A stretch of 64,000 bases of DNA from Spirochaetia bacterium (GCA_965203905.1 CBDBDQ010000005.1:6592001-6656000), one strand, 5' to 3'; positions 30,063 through 40,653 are shown, counted from the stretch's first letter. The notes: generated by a model not told the origin, from the sequence alone. Made by a program: numbers and translations.

Positions 30063-30560
30063 ATTCCCAGCTTACCGGATGGTCGCGCCGCGGCAAGCGC
30101 TGTCTGAAGATCATCAGGACGCCAGATCAGTCGGCCCGTTCGCTTCCTCGGATTGCGGCTACCCGGATGCGGGAGGCGAAGCCCGCGGGGACGGGGCGAT
30201 CAGCCCGAGCGGTTAGTGATCCGAGTGATCCATGGGAAGTATGAAAGTGCTTGGGGGGGATGTAAGCAACTGCGTCAACTGGTGACGGCGTTGAACGCCA
30301 TGTTTCGACTGTCGTCGGCATGAGCCAAGAATCCTTTAACGCCCCATCGTGTACCGCCCGCCGCACACTGTCAAACTCACGTTTTCTTCTTCGACGTCTT
30401 CGGTCCTGGCGGTTCTGGAACGGCCGGGCGGCTGACCTCGCGCGCAGCCGGACAAAGCGTTACTCCGTGCCCCCGTGGACCCGGCATGCTCGCCGTGGCA
30501 GCGAAACTGGCGGGCTCCGCGTAAGCGTCGGAGTTCGGGTCAGATCGCTCGGGTCGCAGC

Positions 30561-31475
30561 TCAGTAGGTGGCGGAATCGGCGCCGAGACGCGCACCACTA
30601 CCCCTGAGCCTGGGGTCGAGCAGGTCGCGCATGGCATCGCCGAACATGTTGAGCACGTACACGACCACTGTCAGGCACAGACCGGGCCACAGCGCCAGCC
30701 ATGGGGCCACCTCCATGTGGGTACGCCCGTCTCGGCTGAGCATCCCTCCCCAGCTCGGAATCTGGGCGGGCAGACCGAAGCCCAGGAAGCTCAGGGACGC
30801 CTCAGCCATGATCACCCCGCCGACGTTGATACTGAAGATGACGATGACCGGGGCGGCAATGTTGGGCAGGACATGCCGGATGAGTGTTCTCCACCTGGTG
30901 CTGCCACTCGCCTCCGCCGCCTGAAAATACACCCCCTCCTTCACACCGATCACCGCGCTGCGCAGCACCCGCGAGCCGGCGATGCCACCCGATACCCCCA
31001 GAACGAGGATGATCTGCGGCAACCCCGGGCCGGTTATGGACATTACGGTGAGGAGGATGAGCAGTCCGGGGAAAGCCATCCAGGCATCGACGAACCTCTG
31101 CATCACCAGGTCGAACTTGCCACCAAGAAATCCTGAAGTGCCGCCCACCAGGAACGCGACCACGACGTTGACCGTGGTCGCCGCCAGCCCGACTCCCAAC
31201 GAGAGACGAGCCGCGAAGATGAGGCGACTCAAGAAGTCTCGGCCGAGCTGGTCGGTACCCAGCAGATACTTGGCCGATGGGGCCTGCAGCCGGTCTACCA
31301 GGTGTTGTTCATCCATGGGATAGGGGGCCAGCACGTCGGCAAAGATGCTGACGAGAATCAACAGCAATACCACGATCCCGCTGGCAGTACCCAACGGCTT
31401 CTCCCTGACCAGCCTGACGAAGAAATCGGCCAGCCCGGCATGTCGCGTGCGGTCACGCACGGTGGAACGCCTCAT
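30561..31475 (-). CDS. ABC permease OppC-like (cassette 1)
   Basis: LLGTDQLGRD, SWGGML, FGDAMRDLLDPRLRG. Confidence 0.92.
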   Translation of the reverse strand: MRRSTVRDRTRHAGLADFFVRLVREKPLGTASGIVVLLLILVSIFADVLAPYPMDEQHLVDRLQAPSAKYLLGTDQLGRDFLSRLIFAARLSLGVGLAATTVNVVVAFLVGGTSGFLGGKFDLVMQRFVDAWMAFPGLLILLTVMSITGPGLPQIILVLGVSGGIAGSRVLRSAVIGVKEGVYFQAAEASGSTRWRTLIRHVLPNIAAPVIVIFSINVGGVIMAEASLSFLGFGLPAQIPSWGGMLSRDGRTHMEVAPWLALWPGLCLTVVVYVLNMFGDAMRDLLDPRLRGSGARLGADSATY

Positions 31476-32485
31476 CGATACCGCACCCGCGGGTCCAGAT
31501 AGGGATAGAGCAGGTCGATGAACAGATTGCTCAACAGAACGACAGTGGCGAACACCAGATTGACTCCCGAGACCATCGGGTAGTCTCGCTCGGTGAGTGC
31601 ACTCACCAGGAGACCTCCCAACCCCGGCAGGTTGAAGATGCTCTCCATGATGACCGAGCCACCGACCAGGATGGGCAACTGCATGCCGACCAGCGTAACC
31701 ATCGGGATGAGGGCATTCTTGACCGCGTGGCGCATGATGACCACCCCGTCCTTGAGGCCTTTCGACCGGGCAGTCCTGATATAGTCCTGCCTGAGCACCT
31801 CCAGCATCATGGTGCGCGTCATCCGCATCATGCCGGCGGACAGGGCCGTCCCGAGAATGACGCTGGGAATGATGAGAATCCCGAGATTCCGCAGCGGGTC
31901 TTCGGCGAGAGAAATGAATTGCAGCGGGGGCGCCCAGCCCCACCAGATTGCGGGAAAGATCATGACCATGATGCCGAGCCAGAAGTTGGGCGTTGCCATG
32001 CCGATGACGGCGATGGTGCGCCCGGCGTAGTCGGCGGGCGTATCCTGGCGAACCGCCGAGTAGATGCCGACCGGCAGCGCTATCAGCTGCCCGAGCACGA
32101 GTGCTATGAGGCCGAGCTGTATCGTTACCGGCAGGCTGGCGATGATTCTCTGCCGCACGGTAAGACCGCCAAACAGTGAATCGCCGAGGGAGCCCTGCAG
32201 CAGCCCGTTGAAGCGACGCTCACCGGTCATCCAGTCAGGGGTCGGCAACACTCCCATCCAGCGTCCATATTGAACGTAGACCGGCACGTCTAGTCCCATC
32301 ATACGCTCCACAGCTTCACGGTCTATGCGGTCCCCCGTGCCAGCGCCGCCTTCGTAGAACATGCGACCTTCTATGATGTCTATGACATCGCCTGGGATGA
32401 AGCGCACCAACAGAAAGACCAGGATGGTCAGTATGAAGAGGGTGGGGATGACAAGGAGTAACCGCCTGATGACATAGGCTCTCAC
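31472..32485 (-). CDS. ABC permease OppB-like (cassette 1)
   Basis: GTG start after GAGGT; RAYVIRRLL, TARSKGL, LDPRVRY. Confidence 0.92.
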   Translation of the reverse strand: MRAYVIRRLLLVIPTLFILTILVFLLVRFIPGDVIDIIEGRMFYEGGAGTGDRIDREAVERMMGLDVPVYVQYGRWMGVLPTPDWMTGERRFNGLLQGSLGDSLFGGLTVRQRIIASLPVTIQLGLIALVLGQLIALPVGIYSAVRQDTPADYAGRTIAVIGMATPNFWLGIMVMIFPAIWWGWAPPLQFISLAEDPLRNLGILIIPSVILGTALSAGMMRMTRTMMLEVLRQDYIRTARSKGLKDGVVIMRHAVKNALIPMVTLVGMQLPILVGGSVIMESIFNLPGLGGLLVSALTERDYPMVSGVNLVFATVVLLSNLFIDLLYPYLDPRVRYR

Positions 32486-32597
32486 CGCGAACACCTCATG
32501 ACGATTTCTCCATCAATGCAGCCGGGAGAACAGGGGAGCTGGAAAGCGCGACGCCTCCCAGCTCCCTCTTCCTGAGGTCCGCCGGATGCGGCGAATC

Positions 32598-34445
32598 CTA
32601 GCGACCCATTTCTGCCTTGAGCTGACTGTCGACCCAGAGACGGGCCCATACATTCAAGTACTGTTGTGATCCGAAGCCGCCTTCGCCGCCATAACCCATC
32701 ACCCACGGCTGGTGCACGGCAAAATCTGGGGCCGTGGGCCCCCAGATCATCCAGTGCTGCTCCAGGTGGCGCATGTCCATCTCTCTAATCGGCCTGGTCT
32801 GCTCCTCTACGGTGGTAGCGGCTACCATTTCCTCATACAGGGCGTCATATTGCGCGTCGTGCTGTGGTATGTGGTGCCACCCAGTAGAACCGCCGTAAGA
32901 CATGGACATCTGCGACCACGGCTCACCTTTGGCGCCTGTAGAACCGACCCACATGTCCCAGTCACCAATACCCCCGGCAGCGCGAACGGGGCGTGCCGCT
33001 GTTAATCGGGGGATTATTTCACCGATGGGAATCGGCTGAATATTGAGCTTGATGCCGACGGCCCCCCAGTATCCGCCCAATAATTCCGGCCAGCTCACAT
33101 CGCCACCCTCGATGAACAGGTAGGTGGTCTCGAATCTAATGCCGTCCGCGCCACGGGGAAGCCCGGCCTCATCGAGCAGCTTATTGGCCCCGTCCAGGTC
33201 ATACCTGTAGTATTGCTTGATCTCTTCGGGCCAGTCTTCGAACGCGACGCAATACCCGGTGGCGCAGAAACTGTTGTTCACCAGCCCCATAGGTGTCGTA
33301 TCCGCAAATCCCTTGAAGTAGGTAGCGTTGATGGTCTCGAGGTCCAGTGCCATCTGCATCGCCCGTCGCACCCGGATGTCGTCAAAGGGTGGCTTGGCCG
33401 TGTTGAGCTTGGTCGCATGATTCGTCCGCTGTGCAAACTGGATCACCACGAGCTCTGGGTTGGTCCGCATGAGGCTCTCTGCCTGGTCTATGGAGGCTAT
33501 TTGAGAGTTGCCCTGCCAACCTGCGTAATCGGCCTGACCCGAGCGCAGTGCCGCCATGATGGTCGCCGGCTCGCTCATATACAGGGCCTTTAGCTCGTCG
33601 ACATAGGGTAAGCGGTTCTCCGGGTACTTCTCGTCGAAGCCCCAGTAGTTGGGATGCTTGGTGTAGGTGAGGGAGCTGTCCGGGACGAAGTCGGTCATCA
33701 TGAAGGGCCCGGTGCCGACGACATTCCTCCAATCCTGCATATCCCCGTATTGCTCGATTACCTCGGGGGGCTGTATGAAGATGTAACGCTGGTCCAACAT
33801 GTGCTGCTCTGCACGGAGTCTTGGCTCCTGCAGCTTCATAACAACCGTCCAATCGTCGGTGGCCGTTACCGATTCCCAGGGCAGAGTACCGAGGGGGCCT
33901 GCTGCCGGGGAAGGTTCGGCTTCGCTGAACCGGGTCCCGGTCAACTTGTTTCCCAACATGCGGTGAAAGTTGAACTCGACATCCTGGGCAGTGAGCTCCC
34001 GCCCGTTCATAGGCGGCTTGTCATGCCAGTGAACGCCCTGGCGGATGTGGAAGACATAAGTGGTGGCGTCGGGCTGTTCCCAGCTCTCCGCCAGGGCCCC
34101 GGTAAGGGCGGACAGAGGCGGGGAATAGCCGCCGACGAAATGATACGCGTCCCTGTCTATGGCCCAGTCCACCGTGCCCAGTTTCTCTAGCACGCCGCTC
34201 ATGACTTGCCCCGCTCCACTGCCAAACCAGGGGTCGCGAGGCTCAACAGTGCTTTTGAATACGTAGATAAGTGTTCCGCCATACTCTGGCGCGGTGAACA
34301 CCTTGCCGGTGACCGGGTCGGTCACGTACCTCTTGTCAGCGGCGGCTGCCGGCTGCTCTTCTTCGCCGGCGGCCCAGAGGCCGGTTGCGGCAAGAACGAG
34401 ACCGACCAGTACGGCCAAGCACGTTCTGCAGGTTGCGAATCTCAT
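32598..34445 (-). CDS. ABC substrate-binding protein family 5 (cassette 1)
   Basis: AAGGAG RBS; MRFATC signal peptide; APEYGG, WHDKPPMNGRELTA, GTGPF, NRLPYVD. Confidence 0.92.
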   Translation of the reverse strand: MRFATCRTCLAVLVGLVLAATGLWAAGEEEQPAAAADKRYVTDPVTGKVFTAPEYGGTLIYVFKSTVEPRDPWFGSGAGQVMSGVLEKLGTVDWAIDRDAYHFVGGYSPPLSALTGALAESWEQPDATTYVFHIRQGVHWHDKPPMNGRELTAQDVEFNFHRMLGNKLTGTRFSEAEPSPAAGPLGTLPWESVTATDDWTVVMKLQEPRLRAEQHMLDQRYIFIQPPEVIEQYGDMQDWRNVVGTGPFMMTDFVPDSSLTYTKHPNYWGFDEKYPENRLPYVDELKALYMSEPATIMAALRSGQADYAGWQGNSQIASIDQAESLMRTNPELVVIQFAQRTNHATKLNTAKPPFDDIRVRRAMQMALDLETINATYFKGFADTTPMGLVNNSFCATGYCVAFEDWPEEIKQYYRYDLDGANKLLDEAGLPRGADGIRFETTYLFIEGGDVSWPELLGGYWGAVGIKLNIQPIPIGEIIPRLTAARPVRAAGGIGDWDMWVGSTGAKGEPWSQMSMSYGGSTGWHHIPQHDAQYDALYEEMVAATTVEEQTRPIREMDMRHLEQHWMIWGPTAPDFAVHQPWVMGYGGEGGFGSQQYLNVWARLWVDSQLKAEMGR

Positions 34446-34762
34446 GGGAAATCTCCTTCTTCGAGAGCACTCGACGACTGCTCCCCTCGTCCGCTCTCGA
34501 AGTCCGGCTTCAGGGCCGGTTACTGGCAGGGAGAGAGGGCACTTGGCATCAGCTACCTCCGCACCTCCTGTCGCCTGCCATGGTACACACCCCGAATGGG
34601 CCGTCAAGCACGTACCACGGCAGACCGCGCGCTACCCAGGATGTCGACGTGGTCGTGGAGACCAACGGCGCGACGCGGCCTGCGCGAAGGAATGAGTAAG
34701 CTCATCGCGTGTCCGTGCGCGGCGGATCCATGGCCCAGTGCTTTGGGCACGGCGATGTTGGC

Positions 34763-34797
34763 TTGACACACTATCATCGTTGGTGAATGATACCAAC
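34763..34797 (+). promoter_or_regulatory. promoter/operator of the RHH-MazF operon; probably leaderless
   Basis: TTGACA-17 bp-AATGAT, 6 nt before ATG 34798; GTTGGT...ACCAAC and TATCAT...ATGATA inverted repeats. Confidence 0.6.
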
Positions 34798-35040
34798 ATG
34801 GCAACCAGACCCGTCCAGATCTCGATCGACGAAGAGCTCTTGCGCCGCCTGGACGCGGATTCGGACGCCCGGCGGCAGGGTCGGTCGGCTTTCGTGCGCA
34901 CGGCGGTACGGTTCTACCTGGAGGCGAAGCAGCGCCGCGAGGTAGAAGCTCAGCTTCAACGAGCGTACCAGGGCCGCGCGGACGAATTGCTTGGTGAGGT
35001 GGCGGATATGATCACCGATCAGGAATGGCCCGCGAGCTGA
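34798..35040 (+). CDS. ribbon-helix-helix antitoxin
   Basis: VQISIDEELLRRLD...RSAFVRTAV; overlaps toxin. Confidence 0.82.
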   Translation: MATRPVQISIDEELLRRLDADSDARRQGRSAFVRTAVRFYLEAKQRREVEAQLQRAYQGRADELLGEVADMITDQEWPAS

Positions 35041-35351
35041 ACCGCGGGGAGATCTGGCTGCTCGACCTCCCGCGCCCGGACAAGCGGCGTCCGGTTCTGA
35101 TCCTGACGCGGCGCGGGCTGATCGGCCTCCTGCACACCGTTACGGTGGTCGCTCTGACCTCCACCCTTCGCGGCGCCCCCACGGAGGTGGAGTTGGGCAC
35201 TGCCGAGGGGCTCAAAGGACTCTCGTGCGCCAACCTGTGCAATGTTTTCACGGTGGAACAGCACCGGCTGCGAACCTTTGTGGGGAGTGTTGGTCCGGAC
35301 AAGATGCGCCAGGTGTGCCGAGCACTGATCATCGCCACCGGGTGCGACTGA
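35025..35351 (+). CDS. mazF: PemK/MazF-family toxin
   Basis: RGEIWL...DKRRPVLILTR...VVALTS. Confidence 0.88.
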   Translation: MARELNRGEIWLLDLPRPDKRRPVLILTRRGLIGLLHTVTVVALTSTLRGAPTEVELGTAEGLKGLSCANLCNVFTVEQHRLRTFVGSVGPDKMRQVCRALIIATGCD

Positions 35352-35716
35352 GCGGGGACGGTCGTACTCGGACCTACCTGACCGACCTCGCGGCATCGGC
35401 ATAGAGCGCCGTTCGACAGCGCTCAGTCACATCTTGGGCAGTGAGTTCCTGCCAGCGCCCTATCTGGTCCGATACGCGTCCTGCCTGCTTCGGAGGTGCA
35501 TCGCCGCTCGGCTGATCGCACTCGACGTCGTGCCGCTTGGCCGACCACGCCAGGTAGCGCTCTCCGCCCCCGCGATGACGCGCTGCTGCGCTCGCGACCG
35601 CGCCAGGGGTTTGAGCATGGTCGGGCGCTGATGGTCCGGCAGCGATGGTAGTCACCGTGGTGCGATCGCGGTGTCGCCGACGTCCCCGCGCTGACCTGAT
35701 AGTGCGAACTTACCTT

Positions 35717-35815
35717 CTACTCCGACACAGCCTTGCCGACAGGCTTGCTGCCGGCGGAGAAGCGGGCGGCGCCGCGCAGGCGGGGGTCCAGGAGGTCACG
35801 CAGGGCGTCGCCGAA
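35717..35815 (-). pseudogene. 3'-end remnant of an additional OppC-like permease
   Basis: FGDALRDLLDPRLRGAARFSAGSKPVGKAVSE* with no upstream coding part. Confidence 0.75.
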
Positions 35816-35914
35816 ATCGAGCGCCCCACCTGACCACCCCTTTCGATGCGGATTCGGCAGCGCCCGGCACTCGCGCCGCTGGTCTCCGGGCGGGAATAGT
35901 GGTATAGGGGTGAT

Positions 35915-36169
35915 ATGGACGAGCCGGCAAGCAGGCGCGAACCGCAGGACCGGGCGGATTTCCAGGACCGGCTGCGCGTTCTGGTCGCACGCTACAAGGC
36001 GGAGTGCCTGTGGGACCTCAAGGAAGATCCGGACCTGGAACAGGAGGCGGTGGCTGGTATGGTACTGCGCCGCATCGTGTCCTGCGCTGACCGCGCCGGA
36101 TTCGTCGAAGCGCAGCTACTCCTGAGATGGCTGTCACCGAGTTCCAGCGTTCCATCTGCCGGCTCATAG
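35915..36169 (+). CDS. small hypothetical protein, putative partner of the nucleotidyltransferase
   Basis: 84 aa, YKAECLW motif, overlaps the downstream start. Confidence 0.6.
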   Translation: MDEPASRREPQDRADFQDRLRVLVARYKAECLWDLKEDPDLEQEAVAGMVLRRIVSCADRAGFVEAQLLLRWLSPSSSVPSAGS

Positions 36170-36939
36170 CCGACCACCGCAAGCGCTCCGGAGTGAGCTA
36201 CGTCGCCGGCGGTGTAGCCCTCAATCTGCTCCTCGAAGCAACGCGCCTGTCGCGCGATATCGACATCTTCCACGATGCGGAAGAAGCGGTGCACTCCTCG
36301 TTTGCAACTGATCGCCGGCTGTTGGAGCGCGCCGGCTACAAGGTGTCTGCGCTGCGTGAGCTACCCGGTTTCGTGGCTGCCGCCGTCGCCAAGTCCGGTG
36401 ACGGCGTACGCATGGAGTGGGTTCGGGACAGTGCGTTCCGCTTCTTTCCGCTCATGGAGCATGAACAACTCGGGCTGACGCTGCACCCCTTCGACCTGGC
36501 CACCAACAAGGTTCTGGCGATGGTCGGACGGCTTGAGGTCCGCGATTGGGTGGACGCAATCAACGCTGGTCGCCGCTTGCAGCCGCTCGGCTACCTGCTG
36601 TGGGCCGCGTGCGGCAAGGACCCGGGGTACAGTCCCGGCTCGTTGCTCGCGCATGCTCGCCGGACGACCCACTATTCGGCCGTCGAAGTGGCGCAGCTCG
36701 AATTCGAGGGCGCGTCGCCGGATGCCCGCGCGCTTGCCTCCGATTGGCACGGCATGCTGGCCGAGGCCGCTGCGATCATCGATCTGCTGCCACCGGAGCA
36801 GGCTGGAAACTGCGTATTGGACGCCGAGAACAGTCTGTTCACGAGTGGCAGTGGTCGGCTGCCCCGCGCGCTCGCACAGCGTCGAATCCGTTTCCACGCG
36901 GGGTCGCTCGGCGGTGCCTACCCGCGGCTCGTGACCTGA
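36127..36939 (+). CDS. AbiEii-like nucleotidyltransferase
   Basis: YVAGGVALN...RLSRDIDIF, DLATNKVLA..GR.EVRDWVD. Confidence 0.8.
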   Translation: MAVTEFQRSICRLIADHRKRSGVSYVAGGVALNLLLEATRLSRDIDIFHDAEEAVHSSFATDRRLLERAGYKVSALRELPGFVAAAVAKSGDGVRMEWVRDSAFRFFPLMEHEQLGLTLHPFDLATNKVLAMVGRLEVRDWVDAINAGRRLQPLGYLLWAACGKDPGYSPGSLLAHARRTTHYSAVEVAQLEFEGASPDARALASDWHGMLAEAAAIIDLLPPEQAGNCVLDAENSLFTSGSGRLPRALAQRRIRFHAGSLGGAYPRLVT

Positions 36940-37055
36940 GCGGCGCCGCCGGACGCGAATGGATGACCACACCAGCGAGTGCGTTCGTGACAACCGGCTT
37001 GCGGGGCGTGCAACCGCTTGACAGCCCGGCGCGGGAGTTATAAACGCTTGTTATT

Positions 37056-38237
37056 GTGAGCAGCACGCGTCCTTCCCTCGCCGACGTGCGCCGTACGCTG
37101 CGCGTCAAGTGGTATCGGAGTCCCATCGACCCCGGGCTGCTGCGGCAGCTCATGAAGCGCAGCGATCTGCAGGGCTGGTGGCAGGCGCTGGGCGTGATCG
37201 GCTACCTGACCGGCACCGCCCTGCTGACTTGGCACTTCTTCGCCCAGCAGCAATGGGCACTGTTCGCCGTCGCGCTGTTCGCGTACGGCACCTACTCCTG
37301 CTTTCTCGGCGCGGCGTCGCACGAGCTGGATCACGGCACGGTGTTCCGCACCAAGGCGCTGAATCGGTTCTTCCTGCGCCTGTTCTCGCTGATCACCTTC
37401 TTCAATCCCGACGACTACGCGCTCAGCCACACCTACCATCACCGCTACACGCTGCACCCGGAGGGCGACCGCGAGGTGGTGCTGCCGCAGTCGGCGGCGA
37501 TGCGCATCCTGTTCATCGTCCAGTTGTTCTGCGTCAACCTGACCGGCGGGCCGGGCTGCGACGGACTGATTCCACGCGTCCGTGACACGGTGAACGCCGC
37601 GCTCGGCAAACCGCGGGCCAAGGACGCCGCCGGCGACACCGAGCCGCTGGCGCCGGGCGCTCAGGAGTGGATAGCGGCGCTGTACGAGGCCCATCCCGAG
37701 GAACGGATCAAGTCGGTGCGCTGGGCGCGCAAGATCCTGCTGTTCCACGCCGCAGTGATCGCGGTCGCGATCGTGTTTCAGCTCTGGCTGCTGCCGGTGT
37801 TCATTACGCTGTCCCGGTTCCTCATGAACTGGTGGCGTCTGTTCGTGTTCCTGCCGATGCACTGCGGCCTGCGCGACAACGTGGCCGACTTCCGCAAGTG
37901 CACGCGCAGCATCCGGCTCGACCCGGTCTCATCGTTCATGTACTGGCGCATGAACTGGCACCTGGAGCATCACATGTACGCCGGCGTGCCGTGCTACCAC
38001 CTGCGCAAGCTGCGCCAGGCGATCGAGTTCGACCTGCCGGTGGCCAACAACGCGATCGCGGCGTTCCGGGAGATGCGCGCCACCTGGAAGCGGCAGCAGA
38101 CGGAGCCCGGCTACCAGTACGACACGCCGCTGCCGCCGACCGCCAACCCGGGCCACGTCGACGCCCACGCTTCGAAGCAAGACGACGACCTCAGCACCTC
38201 GATCGGCGACCTGGCCCCGGCTGTGCTGAGCCATTGA
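37056..38237 (+). CDS. membrane fatty-acid-desaturase family di-iron enzyme
   Basis: His boxes HELDH, HTYHH, HLEHH; TM segments. Confidence 0.88.
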   Translation: MSSTRPSLADVRRTLRVKWYRSPIDPGLLRQLMKRSDLQGWWQALGVIGYLTGTALLTWHFFAQQQWALFAVALFAYGTYSCFLGAASHELDHGTVFRTKALNRFFLRLFSLITFFNPDDYALSHTYHHRYTLHPEGDREVVLPQSAAMRILFIVQLFCVNLTGGPGCDGLIPRVRDTVNAALGKPRAKDAAGDTEPLAPGAQEWIAALYEAHPEERIKSVRWARKILLFHAAVIAVAIVFQLWLLPVFITLSRFLMNWWRLFVFLPMHCGLRDNVADFRKCTRSIRLDPVSSFMYWRMNWHLEHHMYAGVPCYHLRKLRQAIEFDLPVANNAIAAFREMRATWKRQQTEPGYQYDTPLPPTANPGHVDAHASKQDDDLSTSIGDLAPAVLSH

Positions 38238-38276
38238 CCGGCCTCCCCGGCACTCCTATCCTTTGAAGCTGCCGCC

Positions 38277-38660
38277 ATGGGAGCCACCTACGTCGATGTG
38301 ACGATCCGCAACCCCGCCGCGCCGGCGAGGAGTTGGACGGGACGGTTCCTGGTGGATACCGGAGCGTTCAACTCACTGGCGCCGCGCCGGCATCTGGAAG
38401 CGATCGGCCTGGAGCCCAAGTCGCACGAGCAGTACGTGCTCGCGGACGGCACGGCGATCACGATGGACACCACGGTCGCGGAGATCGAGTTCGAAGGCAA
38501 AACGGTTGGCGGCACGGTGATCTTCGGGGACGCGGAGGCCGAGCCACTGCTTGGGGTTACGGCCCTTGAGTCCGGCGGTTTCGAGGTGGACCCCCGCTCG
38601 CAGCAACTGAAGCGCTTGCCGGCGATCTTGCTGAAAGGGATGCGCAGGAGCGCTCGGTAG
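38277..38660 (+). CDS. clan AA aspartic protease (AF_0612-like)
   Basis: FLVDTGA, LADG, LLGVTALE. Confidence 0.85.
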   Translation: MGATYVDVTIRNPAAPARSWTGRFLVDTGAFNSLAPRRHLEAIGLEPKSHEQYVLADGTAITMDTTVAEIEFEGKTVGGTVIFGDAEAEPLLGVTALESGGFEVDPRSQQLKRLPAILLKGMRRSAR

Positions 38661-38771
38661 GCGACAGCCTTCCCGCGGGTCGCAGCCGCCCGGTCGAACT
38701 CCCGGCCGATGCGCCACCGGTAGCAAGCTCCAAGAGTCCGGCGGAATCCCACCGCCGGTCAGCGGGCTGCT

Positions 38772-39646
38772 CTACAGCGACGCACCGCGATCGGCGCCGA
38801 GACGGCCGCCACCGCCGCGCAGCCGCGGGTCGAGCAGGTCCCGCACCGCGTCGCCGAACATGTTCAGGCAGTACACGACAACGGTCAGGCACAGCCCCGG
38901 CCACAGCGCCAGCCGCGGCGCCACCTCCATGAACTCGCGCCCTTCCCGGCTCAGCATCCCGCCCCAGCTCGGCACCGAGATCGGCAGTCCGAACCCCAGA
39001 AAGCTCAGCGCAGCCTCGCTGATGATCACGCCCCCGACGTTGATCGTGAAAATGACGATCACCGGAGCGGCGATGTTGGGCAGGACGTGATGGATGAGGG
39101 TTCTCCACCGGGTGCCGCCGATCGCCTCGGCTGCCTGAAAGTAGGCATTCTCCTTTACCCCGATCACCGCGCCTCGGACCACTCGCGAACCGCCGATGCC
39201 GCCGGTCACCCCAGCACCACGATGATCTGCGGCAACCCCCGCCCCACCAGCGACATGATGGTGAGCAACAGCAGCAGCCCCGGAAACGCCATCCAGGCGT
39301 CGACGAAGCGCTGCATCGCCAGGTCGAGTCGACCGCCGAAGAACCCCGAGATGCCGCCGATCAGCACCGCCACCACGACGTTGACGGTGGTCGCCGCCAG
39401 ACCGACGGTCAGCGATATCCGGGCCCCGAACACGAGGCGGCTCAGCAGGTCGCGCCCCAGTTGGTCGGTCCCCAACAAGTACCGGTTGGACGGGGCCTGC
39501 ATCCGATCGACGATGTTGACTTCATCATGCGGGTAAGGCGCCAGCACATCGGCAAAGATCGCCACCAGGATCAACAGCAGGATGACCACCCCGGCGACGA
39601 TGCTTAGTGGCTTCTCCTTGACCAGCCTGCGCAAGAACTCAGTCAT
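38772..39646 (-). pseudogene. OppC-like permease (cassette 2) with a 1-nt deletion
   Basis: Near-identical to 46972-47847 but has 4 C at 39209-39212 where the paralog has 5 C. Confidence 0.85.
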
Positions 39647-40595
39647 AGCGAACCCTGGGGTCCAGGACCGCGTAGACCAGGTCGATGAACAGGTTGATCA
39701 GCACCACCCCGGTGGCGAAGAACAGGTTGATGCCGGAGACCATCGGGTAGTCTCTGTCGTTGAGGGCATTCAGCAGGAGGCGCCCGAGCCCCGGCAGGTT
39801 GAAGATGTTCTCCATGATCACGGCGCCCCCGACCAGAATCGGCAACTGCAGGCCGATCAGGGACACCACCGGGATGAGGGCGTTCTTGACGGCGTGCCGG
39901 ACCACCACCGCCCGCTCCCGCAAGCCCTTGGACCAGGCGGTCCTGATGAAATCCTGCCGCAGCACCTCCAGCATCATGGTGCGGGTCATCCGCATGGTGG
40001 CGGCCGCCGCGGCCGTGCCCAGAATCAGGCTGGGGATCAGGAACCCCGAGAGATTTCGCAGCGGGTCTTCGGTGAAGGAAACCAGTTGCAGCGGCGGCAC
40101 CCAGCCCCACCAGGTGGCCGGGTAGATCATGACCATGATGCCGAGCCAGAAGTTGGGCGTGGCCAAGCCGATGATGGCGACCGAGCGCCCCACGAAGTCG
40201 GCGACGGTATCCTGGCGAATCGCGGAGTAGATGCCCACCGGCAGCGCAATCACCAGCCCGATGACGATTGCCAGGAGGCCAAGCTCAATGGTTACCGGCA
40301 GTCTACGAATTATCTTCTCCTCGACCGTCCCCTGGCCCAACAATGAACTGCCAAGGGTCCCGCGCAGAAAGATACCTCCGATCCAGCGTCCGTATTGCAC
40401 ATACACCGGCACGTCCAAGCCCAGCATCCGCTCATAGGCTTCTCGGTCGATGGCACCGGTCAGGTATTCATTGTTGGCCACCATCGTATCTATTACATCG
40501 CCCGGGATGAAGCGGACCGAGAGAAAGACCAGGATGCTCAATATGAACAGCGTAGGGATGATGAGCAGTAATCTCCTGATGATGTAGGCTCTCAT
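39639..40595 (-). CDS. ABC permease OppB-like (cassette 2)
   Basis: MRAYIIRRLL...LDPRVRYD. Confidence 0.93.
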   Translation of the reverse strand: MRAYIIRRLLLIIPTLFILSILVFLSVRFIPGDVIDTMVANNEYLTGAIDREAYERMLGLDVPVYVQYGRWIGGIFLRGTLGSSLLGQGTVEEKIIRRLPVTIELGLLAIVIGLVIALPVGIYSAIRQDTVADFVGRSVAIIGLATPNFWLGIMVMIYPATWWGWVPPLQLVSFTEDPLRNLSGFLIPSLILGTAAAAATMRMTRTMMLEVLRQDFIRTAWSKGLRERAVVVRHAVKNALIPVVSLIGLQLPILVGGAVIMENIFNLPGLGRLLLNALNDRDYPMVSGINLFFATGVVLINLFIDLVYAVLDPRVRYD

Positions 40596-40617
40596 GGGGC
40601 AAATCTGCTTGCGGCTT

Positions 40618-40653
40618 AAAAAATCCCTCCCACCCTATCGAGGGTGAGAGGGA
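40618..40653 (-). terminator. hairpin + U tract between SBP and permease
   Basis: TCCCTC.CACCCT/AGGGTG.GAGGGA stem, then a T run on the - strand. Confidence 0.6.
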
